From an uncultured Candidatus Saccharibacteria bacterium (GTDB taxonomy: Bacteria > Patescibacteriota > Minisyncoccia > Phycocordibacterales > UBA12088): DNA of 64,000 bases. Positions 34,318 through 43,233 of the stretch are shown piece after piece (position 1 is the stretch's first letter; each line of letters begins with the position of its first letter). The translations under genes were made by a program, and so were the position numbers. The notes under the pieces were generated by a model that saw nothing but the letters and a program-made list of their open reading frames with translations, had not been told where the DNA came from and did no database searches. The stretch lies in assembly GCA_964562615.1 (NCBI GenBank), contig CAZLUD010000002.1, forward strand, positions 153,300-217,299. The letters are read 5' to 3'.

Positions 34318-34782
34318 CTACCACAACCGTGCTGCTGGGGTATAAATCGCGCCTGTTCTTTGGCCGGTTCTTGCAGGATCCTGTAGCGGGCAAGATCCGG
34401 GGGTACATGCTTCAAGGGCTCCGTGGATAAGTATCTTGTAGTCAACTCCATTAGAGTAGTAGAGATAACAAATACCACTACTTGCCGTACTTGGGAGTGG
34501 GTCCATTGGCATACTAGAAATGTAGGTAGGTACAATACCCGGAATACCAGCGCCACCATAACAGCCAGGACTAGTTCCTTGCCACCCACCCACGACAGGA
34601 TAGTTTCCAAAATCGTTATAGTACATTTCAACTGCTCTTTCTATTTGGCGTACGTCAGCAATACGCCGAGCGTCTCTAGCTTTACCACGCGCACTATTAA
34701 GTGACGCAAACACTACTGAGGAAAGAAGTCCTATGATCGCAATGACGACAAGTAGTTCAATAAGGGTAAATCCTCTTTTCAT
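34318..34782 (-). CDS. type IV pilin-like protein (prepilin N-terminal cleavage/methylation domain), paralog P1
   Basis: MKRG|FTLIELLVVIAIIGLLSSVVFASLNSAR class III signal, with a variable Cys-containing C-terminal domain. Confidence 0.85.
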   Translation of the reverse strand: MKRGFTLIELLVVIAIIGLLSSVVFASLNSARGKARDARRIADVRQIERAVEMYYNDFGNYPVVGGWQGTSPGCYGGAGIPGIVPTYISSMPMDPLPSTASSGICYLYYSNGVDYKILIHGALEACTPGSCPLQDPARTGQRTGAIYTPAARLW

Positions 34783-34797
34783 AAATAAAGTAATGTA

Positions 34798-35274
34798 CTA
34801 GTAACCCCGAGCTCCGGTAGACCAATTACCATACGCCCAACAATCTCTCACTGGGTCTATAAGTCCTGGTGCTTGCGCCTTTACCCCCGCGCAATCTTGA
34901 GGATTATGCCAAATGAGTTTGTAGTCAGCTCCATTGTCTGAACGATAAATATAATTATCACTACAATTAGTAGAATTATTTGGTGACCGAGGGAGTGTAG
35001 GGATATAGTTTGGAGCAAGTCCTGGTATCCAGTTTGTCGTACTGTTGCCCCAGCAGGTATACAACCCGTCATATCTCCCCGATGTGCTTGGGTACGCATT
35101 ATTGTCGTTATAATACAATTCTAGTGCTATTTTTAGCTGCTCAAGATCTGCGATACTTCGAGCATTTCGAGCTTTTTGTCGTGCACTATTAAGTGACGCA
35201 AACACCACCGAAGAGAGTAGTCCGATAATAGCAATCACAACAAGTAGTTCAATGAGGGTGAATCCTCTTTTCAT
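34798..35274 (-). CDS. type IV pilin-like protein, paralog P2
   Basis: MKRG|FTLIELLVVIAIIGLLSSVVFASLNSAR. In tandem with P1, separated by a 15-nt spacer. Confidence 0.85.
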   Translation of the reverse strand: MKRGFTLIELLVVIAIIGLLSSVVFASLNSARQKARNARSIADLEQLKIALELYYNDNNAYPSTSGRYDGLYTCWGNSTTNWIPGLAPNYIPTLPRSPNNSTNCSDNYIYRSDNGADYKLIWHNPQDCAGVKAQAPGLIDPVRDCWAYGNWSTGARGY

Positions 35275-35297
35275 ACCTTACAGCATACCAAATATAC

Positions 35298-36707
35298 CTA
35301 TTCTCGAGAAAGGATATCTAGTTGTTTTTGGAAGTATGCTGCATGCTCCATCACCCCATCACCATAAAAGGCATAGGCGGGCTTGGTGGCATTACCCCAC
35401 CCCGCAAAGTATCTAAGAGCAGCGAGTCGCTCTGCGGCATACGTGCCAGCATCTGCACCATTATCCATCATGAGTACCCCGCTTGCCATAAAGGCATCAG
35501 CGTTTTTCCATGGATCAGAGGGGCTATTTTTGCCAAGAAGTTTTCGTATTCTGTCTTTGCTTGCAGAATATTCCCATGGCCCCGCCCAAAATTCATCCCA
35601 GCTCATTGTACGCTTTGCATTATTACAATCGTTGGTTTTTGAATTGATATAACCGCCATAACACGCCCACGTTGAAGGGATAAACTGTGCCGGCCCCATA
35701 GCGCCGCCCCACCCGTACCCTGGTTGTTTTGATACTGGCATTCTGTCTGGGTTGTAGCCAAGGGTAGAGGTTATTGCCTGAAAGAGTGGCCTATCTCGAG
35801 TAGGGTGCATATCCTCCTTCCATGTACCGGTACCAAGATACTCACCAAGCCTTGTCTCTTGTTTTAATACCCCAAGGATAAGCGCGGGGCGTACCCCCGT
35901 TGCCTTACCTGCTTGCCCTGCAAAGGTAACCGCATCACCAAAAGGTATCGCCGCAGAGTCTCGTAGTGAAAATAGCTCTGAACGAATTTCTGCAGCACTC
36001 TTTTCTTTTTGGTTGATAAGTGCTTGATATGATTTTTCTTGTCCTTTTGTTACAGAAAGAATATTTTGCTTTTGCTTTTCTTGTTGTTCAATTTTCTGCT
36101 TTTCAAGTAATTGCAGATTACGAAGCTCAGTTTCGTCAGAGCGTTTTGATTCAAGGGTGCTCTTTGCCTCTTCTGTGGTTACGACGGTATTTTCTATTTC
36201 TTCAAATGAATCTTGTAGGGCAATCTTTAATTGTGTAAACGAATCTAATTCTTCAAATACATCTGAAAGTGATTGGTTGCCAATAATAATCTCAACCATC
36301 GTAAGATCATCTATCTGATCTGTTCTACGTATGAGCTGCGCAAGAGAATTTTTCTCTCGCGTGAGTTTATCAGCAAGGCTGCCAATGGTGACCAGCTTTT
36401 CGCCTATATCGCCATTGATTTGTTGGATAGCAAGATCGCGTTGTCGTATGGCTAGCTTAGCTTTTGCAATTTGTGCATCAAGAATAGCAACGTCTCTCTC
36501 AAGCGAGACTCGCTCTTTTTGTTTACCTTCTAGTAGTACTCCCTGCGCTTGTATCTCCTTTTCTATCTGCTGTAATTGCGCTTCAAGCTCAGCGCGGCGC
36601 CGTGCTACATCTTCACTAGTTACCTGTGCTTGAAGGGTAGGCGCGTACGAATACACACCCATGCACAGTGAAAGTATAGTGATTGTGATATATCCAAAAC
36701 GCTTCAT
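35298..36707 (-). CDS. secreted coiled-coil protein with C-terminal lytic transglycosylase-like domain
   Basis: Signal peptide, about 250 aa of heptad-rich coiled coil, then LGVLKQETRLGEYLG (catalytic Glu context) and GAMGPAQFIPSTW, typical of SLT/MltB-type transglycosylases. Confidence 0.7.
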   Translation of the reverse strand: MKRFGYITITILSLCMGVYSYAPTLQAQVTSEDVARRRAELEAQLQQIEKEIQAQGVLLEGKQKERVSLERDVAILDAQIAKAKLAIRQRDLAIQQINGDIGEKLVTIGSLADKLTREKNSLAQLIRRTDQIDDLTMVEIIIGNQSLSDVFEELDSFTQLKIALQDSFEEIENTVVTTEEAKSTLESKRSDETELRNLQLLEKQKIEQQEKQKQNILSVTKGQEKSYQALINQKEKSAAEIRSELFSLRDSAAIPFGDAVTFAGQAGKATGVRPALILGVLKQETRLGEYLGTGTWKEDMHPTRDRPLFQAITSTLGYNPDRMPVSKQPGYGWGGAMGPAQFIPSTWACYGGYINSKTNDCNNAKRTMSWDEFWAGPWEYSASKDRIRKLLGKNSPSDPWKNADAFMASGVLMMDNGADAGTYAAERLAALRYFAGWGNATKPAYAFYGDGVMEHAAYFQKQLDILSRE

Positions 36708-36727
36708 GGTAGTCGTATTCTATCATA

Positions 36728-36759
36728 AAACAACACACCCCTTAAGGGGTGTGTTGTTT
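36728..36759 (-). terminator. terminator hairpin downstream of rplY
   Basis: aaacaacacacccc-ttaa-ggggtgtgttgttt. Confidence 0.6.
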
Positions 36760-36780
36760 AACGTCACTCTTTTGTGTTCA

Positions 36781-37431
36781 TTACTCGTCTGCTTTTGCAT
36801 CTGACTCTTCATCAGTCTTGCCTTTTTTGATTACTTCTATTGTAGAAAGGTCAGGTGCCACAGCATCTTCATCTTTTTCTTCAGTTACTGCAGCAACAAG
36901 TGCTACCACTTCTTCTGCGTTAGTGATAAGCGTAACACCCGTACTTAGCTTCAAATCCTTAGCGAGAATTTGACTCTCAAATGTCTCAAGAGTAGAAATA
37001 TCAACCTCGATACTATGAGGTAGATTCTTAGGAAGTGCTTCAATTGATACTTCGTGAAGTACTTTTACAAGGTTTCCTCCAAGTAGTTTTACTGCTGGCG
37101 CTTCACCAACGTATTCAAGTGGTACCTCCACTTCTACCATTTTGTCCGCCTCAATTGCATAAAAATCAACATGCACCGGAAGTCCTGAGATGTGATCAAT
37201 TGACACCTCTTGGATGAGTACGTCAATACCCTTTCCAAGGCCATCAAGCGTAACCACCGTTGACTCTCCCGCCTCTTCCCATACCTTTTTAAAATTAATT
37301 ACTGACACCGCGATTGGTGTTGACGCCTCCTTCTTTCCATAGACAACCGCAGGAATCATCGCCTCCTTTCTGAGGGATGCTCGCGCAGACTTTGATGTCT
37401 CTCGTTTTATTGCTTCTAGTTTTACTACCAT
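36781..37431 (-). CDS. rplY: 50S ribosomal protein L25 / general stress protein Ctc
   Basis: LRKEAMIPAVVYGKKE, the two-domain Ctc form and an acidic C-terminal tail. Confidence 0.9.
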   Translation of the reverse strand: MVVKLEAIKRETSKSARASLRKEAMIPAVVYGKKEASTPIAVSVINFKKVWEEAGESTVVTLDGLGKGIDVLIQEVSIDHISGLPVHVDFYAIEADKMVEVEVPLEYVGEAPAVKLLGGNLVKVLHEVSIEALPKNLPHSIEVDISTLETFESQILAKDLKLSTGVTLITNAEEVVALVAAVTEEKDEDAVAPDLSTIEVIKKGKTDEESDAKADE

Positions 37432-37500
37432 ACCGCAAAACTATACCTAATTATGGATATTTGGCAACCCACACGAGGTAGTATTACTAATATAATACGG

Positions 37501-38076
37501 TTACCACCCACTGCAGGTGCCTACGCCAATACAATAGTATGGGTCATTACAACCTCCGTTATTGTTATAGTAACTACCGTCCAAATCCCCTGCAAGGCTC
37601 TGATTATTAGCATTTTCAAGACGTACAGCGAGTCGATAACTCTGACCAGTACCGCATCCTGATGGCCACGCATAATAATAGGTTGGGTCCGCATCTGAAA
37701 ACCCTGATGGACTATCTTGTGGGTCTTGAGGAACCTCAGACATAAATACCGGTCGAGAAGATAGACCAAATCCACACGATGCATCACTTGCGGTTTCTAG
37801 ACATTGCGCAAAGTAATCCCAATGCTGATCCCATGTAGGTGCTCCGGGACTACTTGGATAGCGTCCATGGGTGTCATAAAACAATTCTAGTGCGGTGCGA
37901 ATCTGCTGAAAGTCTGCTATACGTTTTGCATCACGTGCTTTACTGCGCGCGCTATTAAGTGACGCAAACACCACCGAAGAGAGTAGTCCGATGATAGCAA
38001 TGACAACAAGAAGCTCGATGAGAGTAAATCCCATCGTGGAGGATTGTCTATGATTTCTCTGTAACAAATTATGCAT
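37501..38076 (-). CDS. type IV pilin-like protein, paralog P3
   Basis: Leader MHNLLQRNHRQSSTMG|FTLIELLVVIAIIGLLSSVVFASLNSAR. The longer ORF to 38157 would run into the divergent kinase gene. Confidence 0.8.
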   Translation of the reverse strand: MHNLLQRNHRQSSTMGFTLIELLVVIAIIGLLSSVVFASLNSARSKARDAKRIADFQQIRTALELFYDTHGRYPSSPGAPTWDQHWDYFAQCLETASDASCGFGLSSRPVFMSEVPQDPQDSPSGFSDADPTYYYAWPSGCGTGQSYRLAVRLENANNQSLAGDLDGSYYNNNGGCNDPYYCIGVGTCSGW

Positions 38077-38132
38077 AACTGCTACACTATATATACAGCA
38101 ATAATAGTATATCAGCTTACCAGTATTTACAC

Positions 38133-39128
38133 ATGGAAAAACTTGATTTTGTAGCAATTGGCGACATCGTAAATGATGAATTCATTGAGCTCTCACCAGA
38201 GTGGACTAAAGTAGTAACAGATACTGAAAGTGGGCGCGAGCTCCTTGCTATGAATTTTGGAGACAAAATTGAGTTTAAAGACTTTGTCATTGTTCCTGCA
38301 GTAGGCAATAGTCCAAATGCTGCAGTAAGTGCGCACCGCTTGGGTCTGCGTAGCGCGCTAGTAACTGATATGGGAGATGATGACGAGGGCGATCAGATGA
38401 TGCGCCAACTTGAGCACGAGGGTGTTGATAGACAATTTATACGAAGACATCCAGGGAAAAAATCAAATCATCATTACGTACTACGCCTTGCCCCTGAACG
38501 AACCATTTTGATTAAGCACGAAGAGTACCCCTACTCACTTCCTGATCTTGGTGAGCCATCATGGATATATTTCAGCTCGGTAGGAAATAACTCCCTCCCG
38601 TATCACCAGGAAATTGCCACGTATGTAAAAAATCACCCAGCAAGCAAATTGGTATTTCAGCCTGGATCGTTCCAAATCAAATTAGGATACGAAGTACTTA
38701 AATCAATATATGAAGCATCTACATTATTCTTTTGTAACAAAGAAGAAGCGCAGAGTATTGTAGGAAAAAAGGAGCTTGATATAAAACAATTACTGACAGC
38801 AATCCATGAAAAGGGTCCAAAAATCGTAGTGATTACTGATGGCCCACGAGGTGCCTACGCAAGCGATGGTACAAACGCCTGGCACATGCCTATGTATCCT
38901 GACATTGCCCCACCTGTTGATAGAACTGGTGCTGGTGATTCATTCTCTTCAACATTTACAAGCGCGCTTGCATTAGGACATGACATACCAACGGCATTGA
39001 GTTGGGGTCCAATTAACTCAATGTCTGTAGTACAAGAGATTGGCGCACAAAAGGGACTCCTCTCTCAAGAAGCAATACAGCAATACCTCCAAAACGCACC
39101 TGCAGAGTACACTCCGACGCTCCTATAG
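38133..39128 (+). CDS. PfkB-family carbohydrate/nucleoside kinase (ribokinase-like)
   Basis: GDIVNDEF near the N-terminus, and the PfkB signature 2 context VDRTGAGDSFSSTFTSAL. Confidence 0.85.
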   Translation: MEKLDFVAIGDIVNDEFIELSPEWTKVVTDTESGRELLAMNFGDKIEFKDFVIVPAVGNSPNAAVSAHRLGLRSALVTDMGDDDEGDQMMRQLEHEGVDRQFIRRHPGKKSNHHYVLRLAPERTILIKHEEYPYSLPDLGEPSWIYFSSVGNNSLPYHQEIATYVKNHPASKLVFQPGSFQIKLGYEVLKSIYEASTLFFCNKEEAQSIVGKKELDIKQLLTAIHEKGPKIVVITDGPRGAYASDGTNAWHMPMYPDIAPPVDRTGAGDSFSSTFTSALALGHDIPTALSWGPINSMSVVQEIGAQKGLLSQEAIQQYLQNAPAEYTPTLL

Positions 39129-39135
39129 CAAAAAG

Positions 39136-39336
39136 CTATTCTTTGTAGAGATCAACATCATCAAAATCTCTGCCCTTTAAGATTTGATCATTTTGTACTC
39201 GTGTTGCTGAGATATCAGCAATGAATGCTTCGCTGTGCGATACTTTGTAAATAAGAAACATCGCACCACCCGCTAGTAATCCGAGAAATATTCCACTGAA
39301 CCAAAAATTTAATTTTATTGCGTGTAAATTTCTCAT
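39136..39336 (-). CDS. small membrane protein (66 aa)
   Basis: MRNLHAIKLNFWFSGIFLGLLAGGAMFLIY, then a soluble tail. The TTG-extended ORF has no support. Confidence 0.4.
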   Translation of the reverse strand: MRNLHAIKLNFWFSGIFLGLLAGGAMFLIYKVSHSEAFIADISATRVQNDQILKGRDFDDVDLYKE

Positions 39337-39349
39337 GGTGATTATCTTA

Positions 39350-39481
39350 TTAATACACAAGCATTGAGTGGGATATTGTCCAAAGAAAGTAGTATGCTCC
39401 TGCGGTGACTGATGATATAAAAAACCATGCAACAATTGGTCTTACTTCGTATGCCTTCATTGCTGAGAATTTCTTTTTCAT
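39350..39481 (-). CDS. possible 43-aa membrane peptide (not in the ORF track)
   Basis: ATG lies 2 nt after the transketolase stop. Translation: MKKKFSAMKAYEVRPIVAWFFISSVTAGAYYFLWTISHSMLVY, ending at TAA (39350-39352). Confidence 0.3.
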   Translation of the reverse strand: MKKKFSAMKAYEVRPIVAWFFISSVTAGAYYFLWTISHSMLVY

Positions 39482-39483
39482 GA

Positions 39484-40476
39484 TTACGCTTGTGTTAAGG
39501 AAATAGCTTTTTGTATGATACTAGGCACATCTAGCCCATACGCAGTGTATAACTCTTGTGTGGTACCAGACTGGCCAAATCGGTTTTGTACCCCTACAAA
39601 CGCCATCTTTGTTGGTCGATTGAGTGATAGGGTTTCTGCTACCGCTCCTCCGAGCCCGGCAATCACTTGATGCTCTTCAACGGTAAGGATGGCGTTAGTT
39701 TCATTTGCAAGTGCTACTATCGCATCGGTATCAAGAGGTTTTATAGTATGTACTGAAAGTACCACCGAGCTAATACCAAGACGAGTCTCTAATTCAACCG
39801 CAGCCTGTATGGCCTGATACACCATGCTTCCCATCGCAATGATACCTACCGTTGGCGCATTTCCTTGCCACACTCTATAGGCCTTCCCTATTTCAAATGG
39901 AGTATCTTTGGTAGTAAGTAATGGGGTATTTTCTCTTGCAAATCTAAGGTACATGGGGCGCTTACTTGTTGCAGCAGCAAGGGTTGCCTTTCTTGCTTCT
40001 TCCATGTCGGATGGGACAATCACGGTCATATTAGGTATCACCCGCATAAGCGCGACATCCTCAAGTGCTTGATGTGTTGCACCATCAGGACCCACCGAGA
40101 GGCCGGCATGCATACCACAAACCACTACTGGTTGCTCATTAAGCGCAATGGTGGTGCGTATCTGTTCATTATTGCGTCCAGGATTAAAAGCGGCGTAGGA
40201 GGTGATAAACGGCACCTTTCCCATTGATGCCATACCACTTGCTACTCCTGCAAGATTTTGTTCGGCAACCCCAAGCTCAATGTACCTATCAGGAAATTTT
40301 TCTTTAAACCAATGACTGCGGGTACTCTCTGCCAAGTCCGCACACAGCACTACTACATTGTGGTCACGCTCACCCGCCTCTACTACCCCCTTACCAAAAC
40401 CATCGCGTGTAGCACCTTCTTCTCTCGCGGTGGCATCAAGTATTCCTTTATGTAATCGGGCTTCTCCTACCAGCAT
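39484..40476 (-). CDS. transketolase, C-terminal (pyrimidine-binding) subunit
   Basis: ATRDGFGKGVVEAG, FPDRYIELGVAEQNLAGVASGMA. Forms a split transketolase with the gene upstream. Confidence 0.9.
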   Translation of the reverse strand: MLVGEARLHKGILDATAREEGATRDGFGKGVVEAGERDHNVVVLCADLAESTRSHWFKEKFPDRYIELGVAEQNLAGVASGMASMGKVPFITSYAAFNPGRNNEQIRTTIALNEQPVVVCGMHAGLSVGPDGATHQALEDVALMRVIPNMTVIVPSDMEEARKATLAAATSKRPMYLRFARENTPLLTTKDTPFEIGKAYRVWQGNAPTVGIIAMGSMVYQAIQAAVELETRLGISSVVLSVHTIKPLDTDAIVALANETNAILTVEEHQVIAGLGGAVAETLSLNRPTKMAFVGVQNRFGQSGTTQELYTAYGLDVPSIIQKAISLTQA

Positions 40477-40477
40477 A

Positions 40478-41341
40478 TTAGTCGTGGTTACTTGGAGTTA
40501 TCTTTCCTCCTAATGTACGAAGTTCTTTGAGCCATCTTAGTTCTTGCTCTTTATTTGGTGGCATACCATGCCATTTATAATCGTACTCGATCTCTTTTAT
40601 TCCCTTACCGGCTATTGCGTGCGCAATAATAAGCGTGGGCTTTTCGTACACTGCTTTTGCTTGTTCTACCGCATCAACAATTGCCTCCATGTTGTGCGCG
40701 TCTATATCAATAACATTCCAATTAAATGCTTCGTACTTGTCTTTGAGTGGCTCAAGAGGCATCACATCTTCGGTCATGCCGTTTATTTGTATATTGTTTC
40801 TGTCTATTATAGCGGTGAGATTTGATAGCTTGTACTTACCCGCAAACATAACCGCCTCCCACACATTACCTGCATCCTGCTCACCATCACCCATCATGCA
40901 ATACGTGCGAAATGGTTTTTTATCCATTCGGGCGGCAAGTGCAATTCCTGCTGCTTGAGAAAGTCCAGTACCCAACGGACCAGAAGTGGTTTCCATTTCT
41001 GGTAACAAAATACGTTCAGGGTGTCCCTGCATACGTGATCCAAATTTTCTAAGTGTTTTAGCTTCTTCAACACTAAAATAACCCGCAAGCGCCATCGTTG
41101 CGTACCGTATAGGAACAATATGTCCGTTAGAGAGGATGAATCTATCCCTCTCCTCAAACATTGGTTCTTTTGGCGAATGATTTAATATATGAAAATAAAA
41201 TGCAGTAAACACATCCGCCATACCAAGCGGACCTGCGGTGTGCCCTGACCCAGCATCCTCAAGCATGTCGATAAGCAATTGCCGTACTTCGTTTGCTTTG
41301 TTTTCAAGAAAAAGTCTTTTTTCTTCTGTGAGATATGCCAT
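40478..41341 (-). CDS. transketolase, N-terminal (TPP-binding) subunit
   Basis: GSGHTAGPLGMADVFTAFYF, SNGHIVPIRYA, MMGDGEQDAGNVWEA. Confidence 0.9.
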   Translation of the reverse strand: MAYLTEEKRLFLENKANEVRQLLIDMLEDAGSGHTAGPLGMADVFTAFYFHILNHSPKEPMFEERDRFILSNGHIVPIRYATMALAGYFSVEEAKTLRKFGSRMQGHPERILLPEMETTSGPLGTGLSQAAGIALAARMDKKPFRTYCMMGDGEQDAGNVWEAVMFAGKYKLSNLTAIIDRNNIQINGMTEDVMPLEPLKDKYEAFNWNVIDIDAHNMEAIVDAVEQAKAVYEKPTLIIAHAIAGKGIKEIEYDYKWHGMPPNKEQELRWLKELRTLGGKITPSNHD

Positions 41342-41384
41342 TACTACTATGATACCTCAAATAGACGCTTTCGGTATCCACACA

Positions 41385-41858
41385 CTAGCGTTCAAAGCCT
41401 CCTAAGACATAATCAAATTCTCCTTGCCAGTATCGTGATGGACAACTCCATCCAGGTGAATCTGGGTGTGGGTTAGGAGATGTCTCCATGTCCCGTACCC
41501 CAAGTACAAAATATGCCCCACGAGCACTATCGCACCCTGCATAGCCCGCTGGGTACCGGTAGTAATTGTATCCTTGGCAGTCAGCAGTAAATCCCTCGTC
41601 GATGGGCACTCTCCCTCCAAAATAGGTGTCCATACCCCTTCCGTTAAGTAGTGGGTATGTACGGTTGCCATTATCCCACCCACCGCATCCATCAAAATCT
41701 GAATCTGGGTAGGCGTTATAATCTGAATAATACAACGCGAGCGCTTTTACGATTTCTTGAATCTCTGCCAATCGTGCGGCATCTCGTGCCTTTGTGCGCG
41801 CACTATTAAGCGAGGCAAATACCACCGATGAAAGTAGTCCGATGATGGCGATAACCAC
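41385..41858 (-). CDS. type IV pilin-like paralog P4 lacking a canonical start codon and leader (possible pseudogene or atypical initiation)
   Basis: Homology (SGA-FTLIELLVVIAIIGLLSSVVFASLNSAR) extends in frame up to 41888, where it abuts the rpe stop. The codons between the in-frame TGA and FTLIE are AGC ATA AGC GGT GCG, with no ATG/GTG/TTG. The first ATG (41858) falls inside the hydrophobic helix. Confidence 0.55.
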   Translation of the reverse strand: MVIAIIGLLSSVVFASLNSARTKARDAARLAEIQEIVKALALYYSDYNAYPDSDFDGCGGWDNGNRTYPLLNGRGMDTYFGGRVPIDEGFTADCQGYNYYRYPAGYAGCDSARGAYFVLGVRDMETSPNPHPDSPGWSCPSRYWQGEFDYVLGGFER

Positions 41859-41887
41859 AAGTAGCTCAATGAGGGTAAACGCACCGC

Positions 41888-42583
41888 TTATGCTTCATGG
41901 ATAGCGTCTTCTGCTATGGTGAGTAATGTGTGGTACGCATCTTTTGGTGACGCATCTGCAAAGATTGCTGACCCTGCGGCAAAGTGCGTGGCGCCTGCTG
42001 TGATTAGTTTTTTAATGGTGCGCTTACTAACACCAATATCCACTCCAATCACAACCTCGCTCATTGCATGTATACGCGAGATGATGTCATATACTCGCTC
42101 ATCAAGTGATGTACCCTGTCTACCTATAGTATCGCTTCCCATTACTTGGAGAAGGTCAATCTCATTGAGTAATGTCTCATAACCTTGTGACGATGGGGTA
42201 ATTGCAAGACCTACTCGTGTCCCGCGCTCGCGCGCACGACTAATACATTCACTTAGTTCACTTGCTGAGCATGAGGTAAAGTGAAATATAAGTGTTGACG
42301 ACCCGGCATCAATCCATGCATCAATATGCTCTTTTGGATTTGCTACCATAAGGTCAATTTCATACTCAACTCTATCCCATTTTGGAAGACCTGTATCTTG
42401 CGCGAGAATTTCTTGCCACTCACCATCTGCCTTAGCACCTATCGGCCACGTTGATGGTGTCGCAAACACACCATCAACAATATCAATTTGTATATGCGTT
42501 GCAGGAGGTGCAATAAGAGAGACTTTTTCGCTCAGATCTGCGTATGACGTTGGCAATATGGCGGGTAAAAGCTGGATAGTCAT
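41888..42583 (-). CDS. rpe: ribulose-phosphate 3-epimerase-like TIM-barrel protein
   Basis: THIQIDIVDGVF (the H-x-D...DG metal/active-site context), DLMV, VGLAITP, DLLQVM, a GxD...G phosphate-binding end, and an insertion after the first strand. Confidence 0.7.
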   Translation of the reverse strand: MTIQLLPAILPTSYADLSEKVSLIAPPATHIQIDIVDGVFATPSTWPIGAKADGEWQEILAQDTGLPKWDRVEYEIDLMVANPKEHIDAWIDAGSSTLIFHFTSCSASELSECISRARERGTRVGLAITPSSQGYETLLNEIDLLQVMGSDTIGRQGTSLDERVYDIISRIHAMSEVVIGVDIGVSKRTIKKLITAGATHFAAGSAIFADASPKDAYHTLLTIAEDAIHEA

Positions 42584-42593
42584 ATACGTACAG

Positions 42594-43100
42594 TTATCGC
42601 GAACAAACGGCGTAATTCATATTATACCCTGGGTTAACTGGTACTGTGGCAAAACGAGCAGTATCCTCAGGAGTAGGACTTTCAAGCTGTGCGTACACGC
42701 ACACACTCGTCTGTGATCCATATGGGTGATAAATCATGTAATGATTGCCAGGATCTGGATGCTTTATTTCACCTGATGTAAAACCTGCGTTCATAAGTGC
42801 TCTTGAAACAGACAATGCATAGCTTCCAGTGTCTTGATAATCAAACCAACCACATGAGCATCCCTGCCACCCTGACCCAGCAACTTGAAATGTATTATAC
42901 GTATCATAATACAATTGGAGCGCAGTCATTGCCTGCGAAAGATCTTGCTTTCGCTTTGCATCTCGCGCCTTTCCACGAGCACTATTAAGCGACGCAAATA
43001 CCACCGATGAAAGTAGCCCGATGATGGCGATAACCACGAGTAGCTCAATGAGGGTAAATCCTTTTTTGTTTTTTGCGCGCTGTTGATAATAGGTAAACAT
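42594..43100 (-). CDS. type IV pilin-like protein, paralog P5
   Basis: Leader MFTYYQQRAKNKKG|FTLIELLVVIAIIGLLSSVVFASLNSAR. Confidence 0.85.
   Translation of the reverse strand: MFTYYQQRAKNKKGFTLIELLVVIAIIGLLSSVVFASLNSARGKARDAKRKQDLSQAMTALQLYYDTYNTFQVAGSGWQGCSCGWFDYQDTGSYALSVSRALMNAGFTSGEIKHPDPGNHYMIYHPYGSQTSVCVYAQLESPTPEDTARFATVPVNPGYNMNYAVCSR
42974..43052 (-). repeat. 79-nt segment identical to 44495..44573 (pilin constant region)
   Basis: cacgagcactattaagcgacgcaaataccaccgatgaaagtagcccgatgatggcgataaccacgagtagctcaatgag occurs in both P5 and P6. P4 differs at 3 positions over the same span. Confidence 0.9.
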
Positions 43101-43204
43101 TGGTATTCTCTAAGAAATAAAATAGTACATTAATAGTAACATACCCTTGCTTTTTTTTATTTTTTGTATAGTATTAATCATACAAATGGCCACTAGGCCC
43201 CCGA

Positions 43205-43228
43205 GAAACCCCGCTTAGGCGGGGTTTC
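43205..43228 (-). terminator. hairpin 5 nt downstream of the mazF-like stop (no clear U-tract on the minus strand)
   Basis: gaaaccccgc-ttag-gcggggtttc. Confidence 0.4.
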
Positions 43229-43233
43229 GACTT

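Noticed and set aside
34299-34631. The 110-aa ORF overlapping pilin P1 in another frame, and similar alternative-frame ORFs over P3, P4 and the transketolase genes.
   Set aside because: They overlap genes that have a clear family signature, they lack start signals, and their products have no recognisable features.
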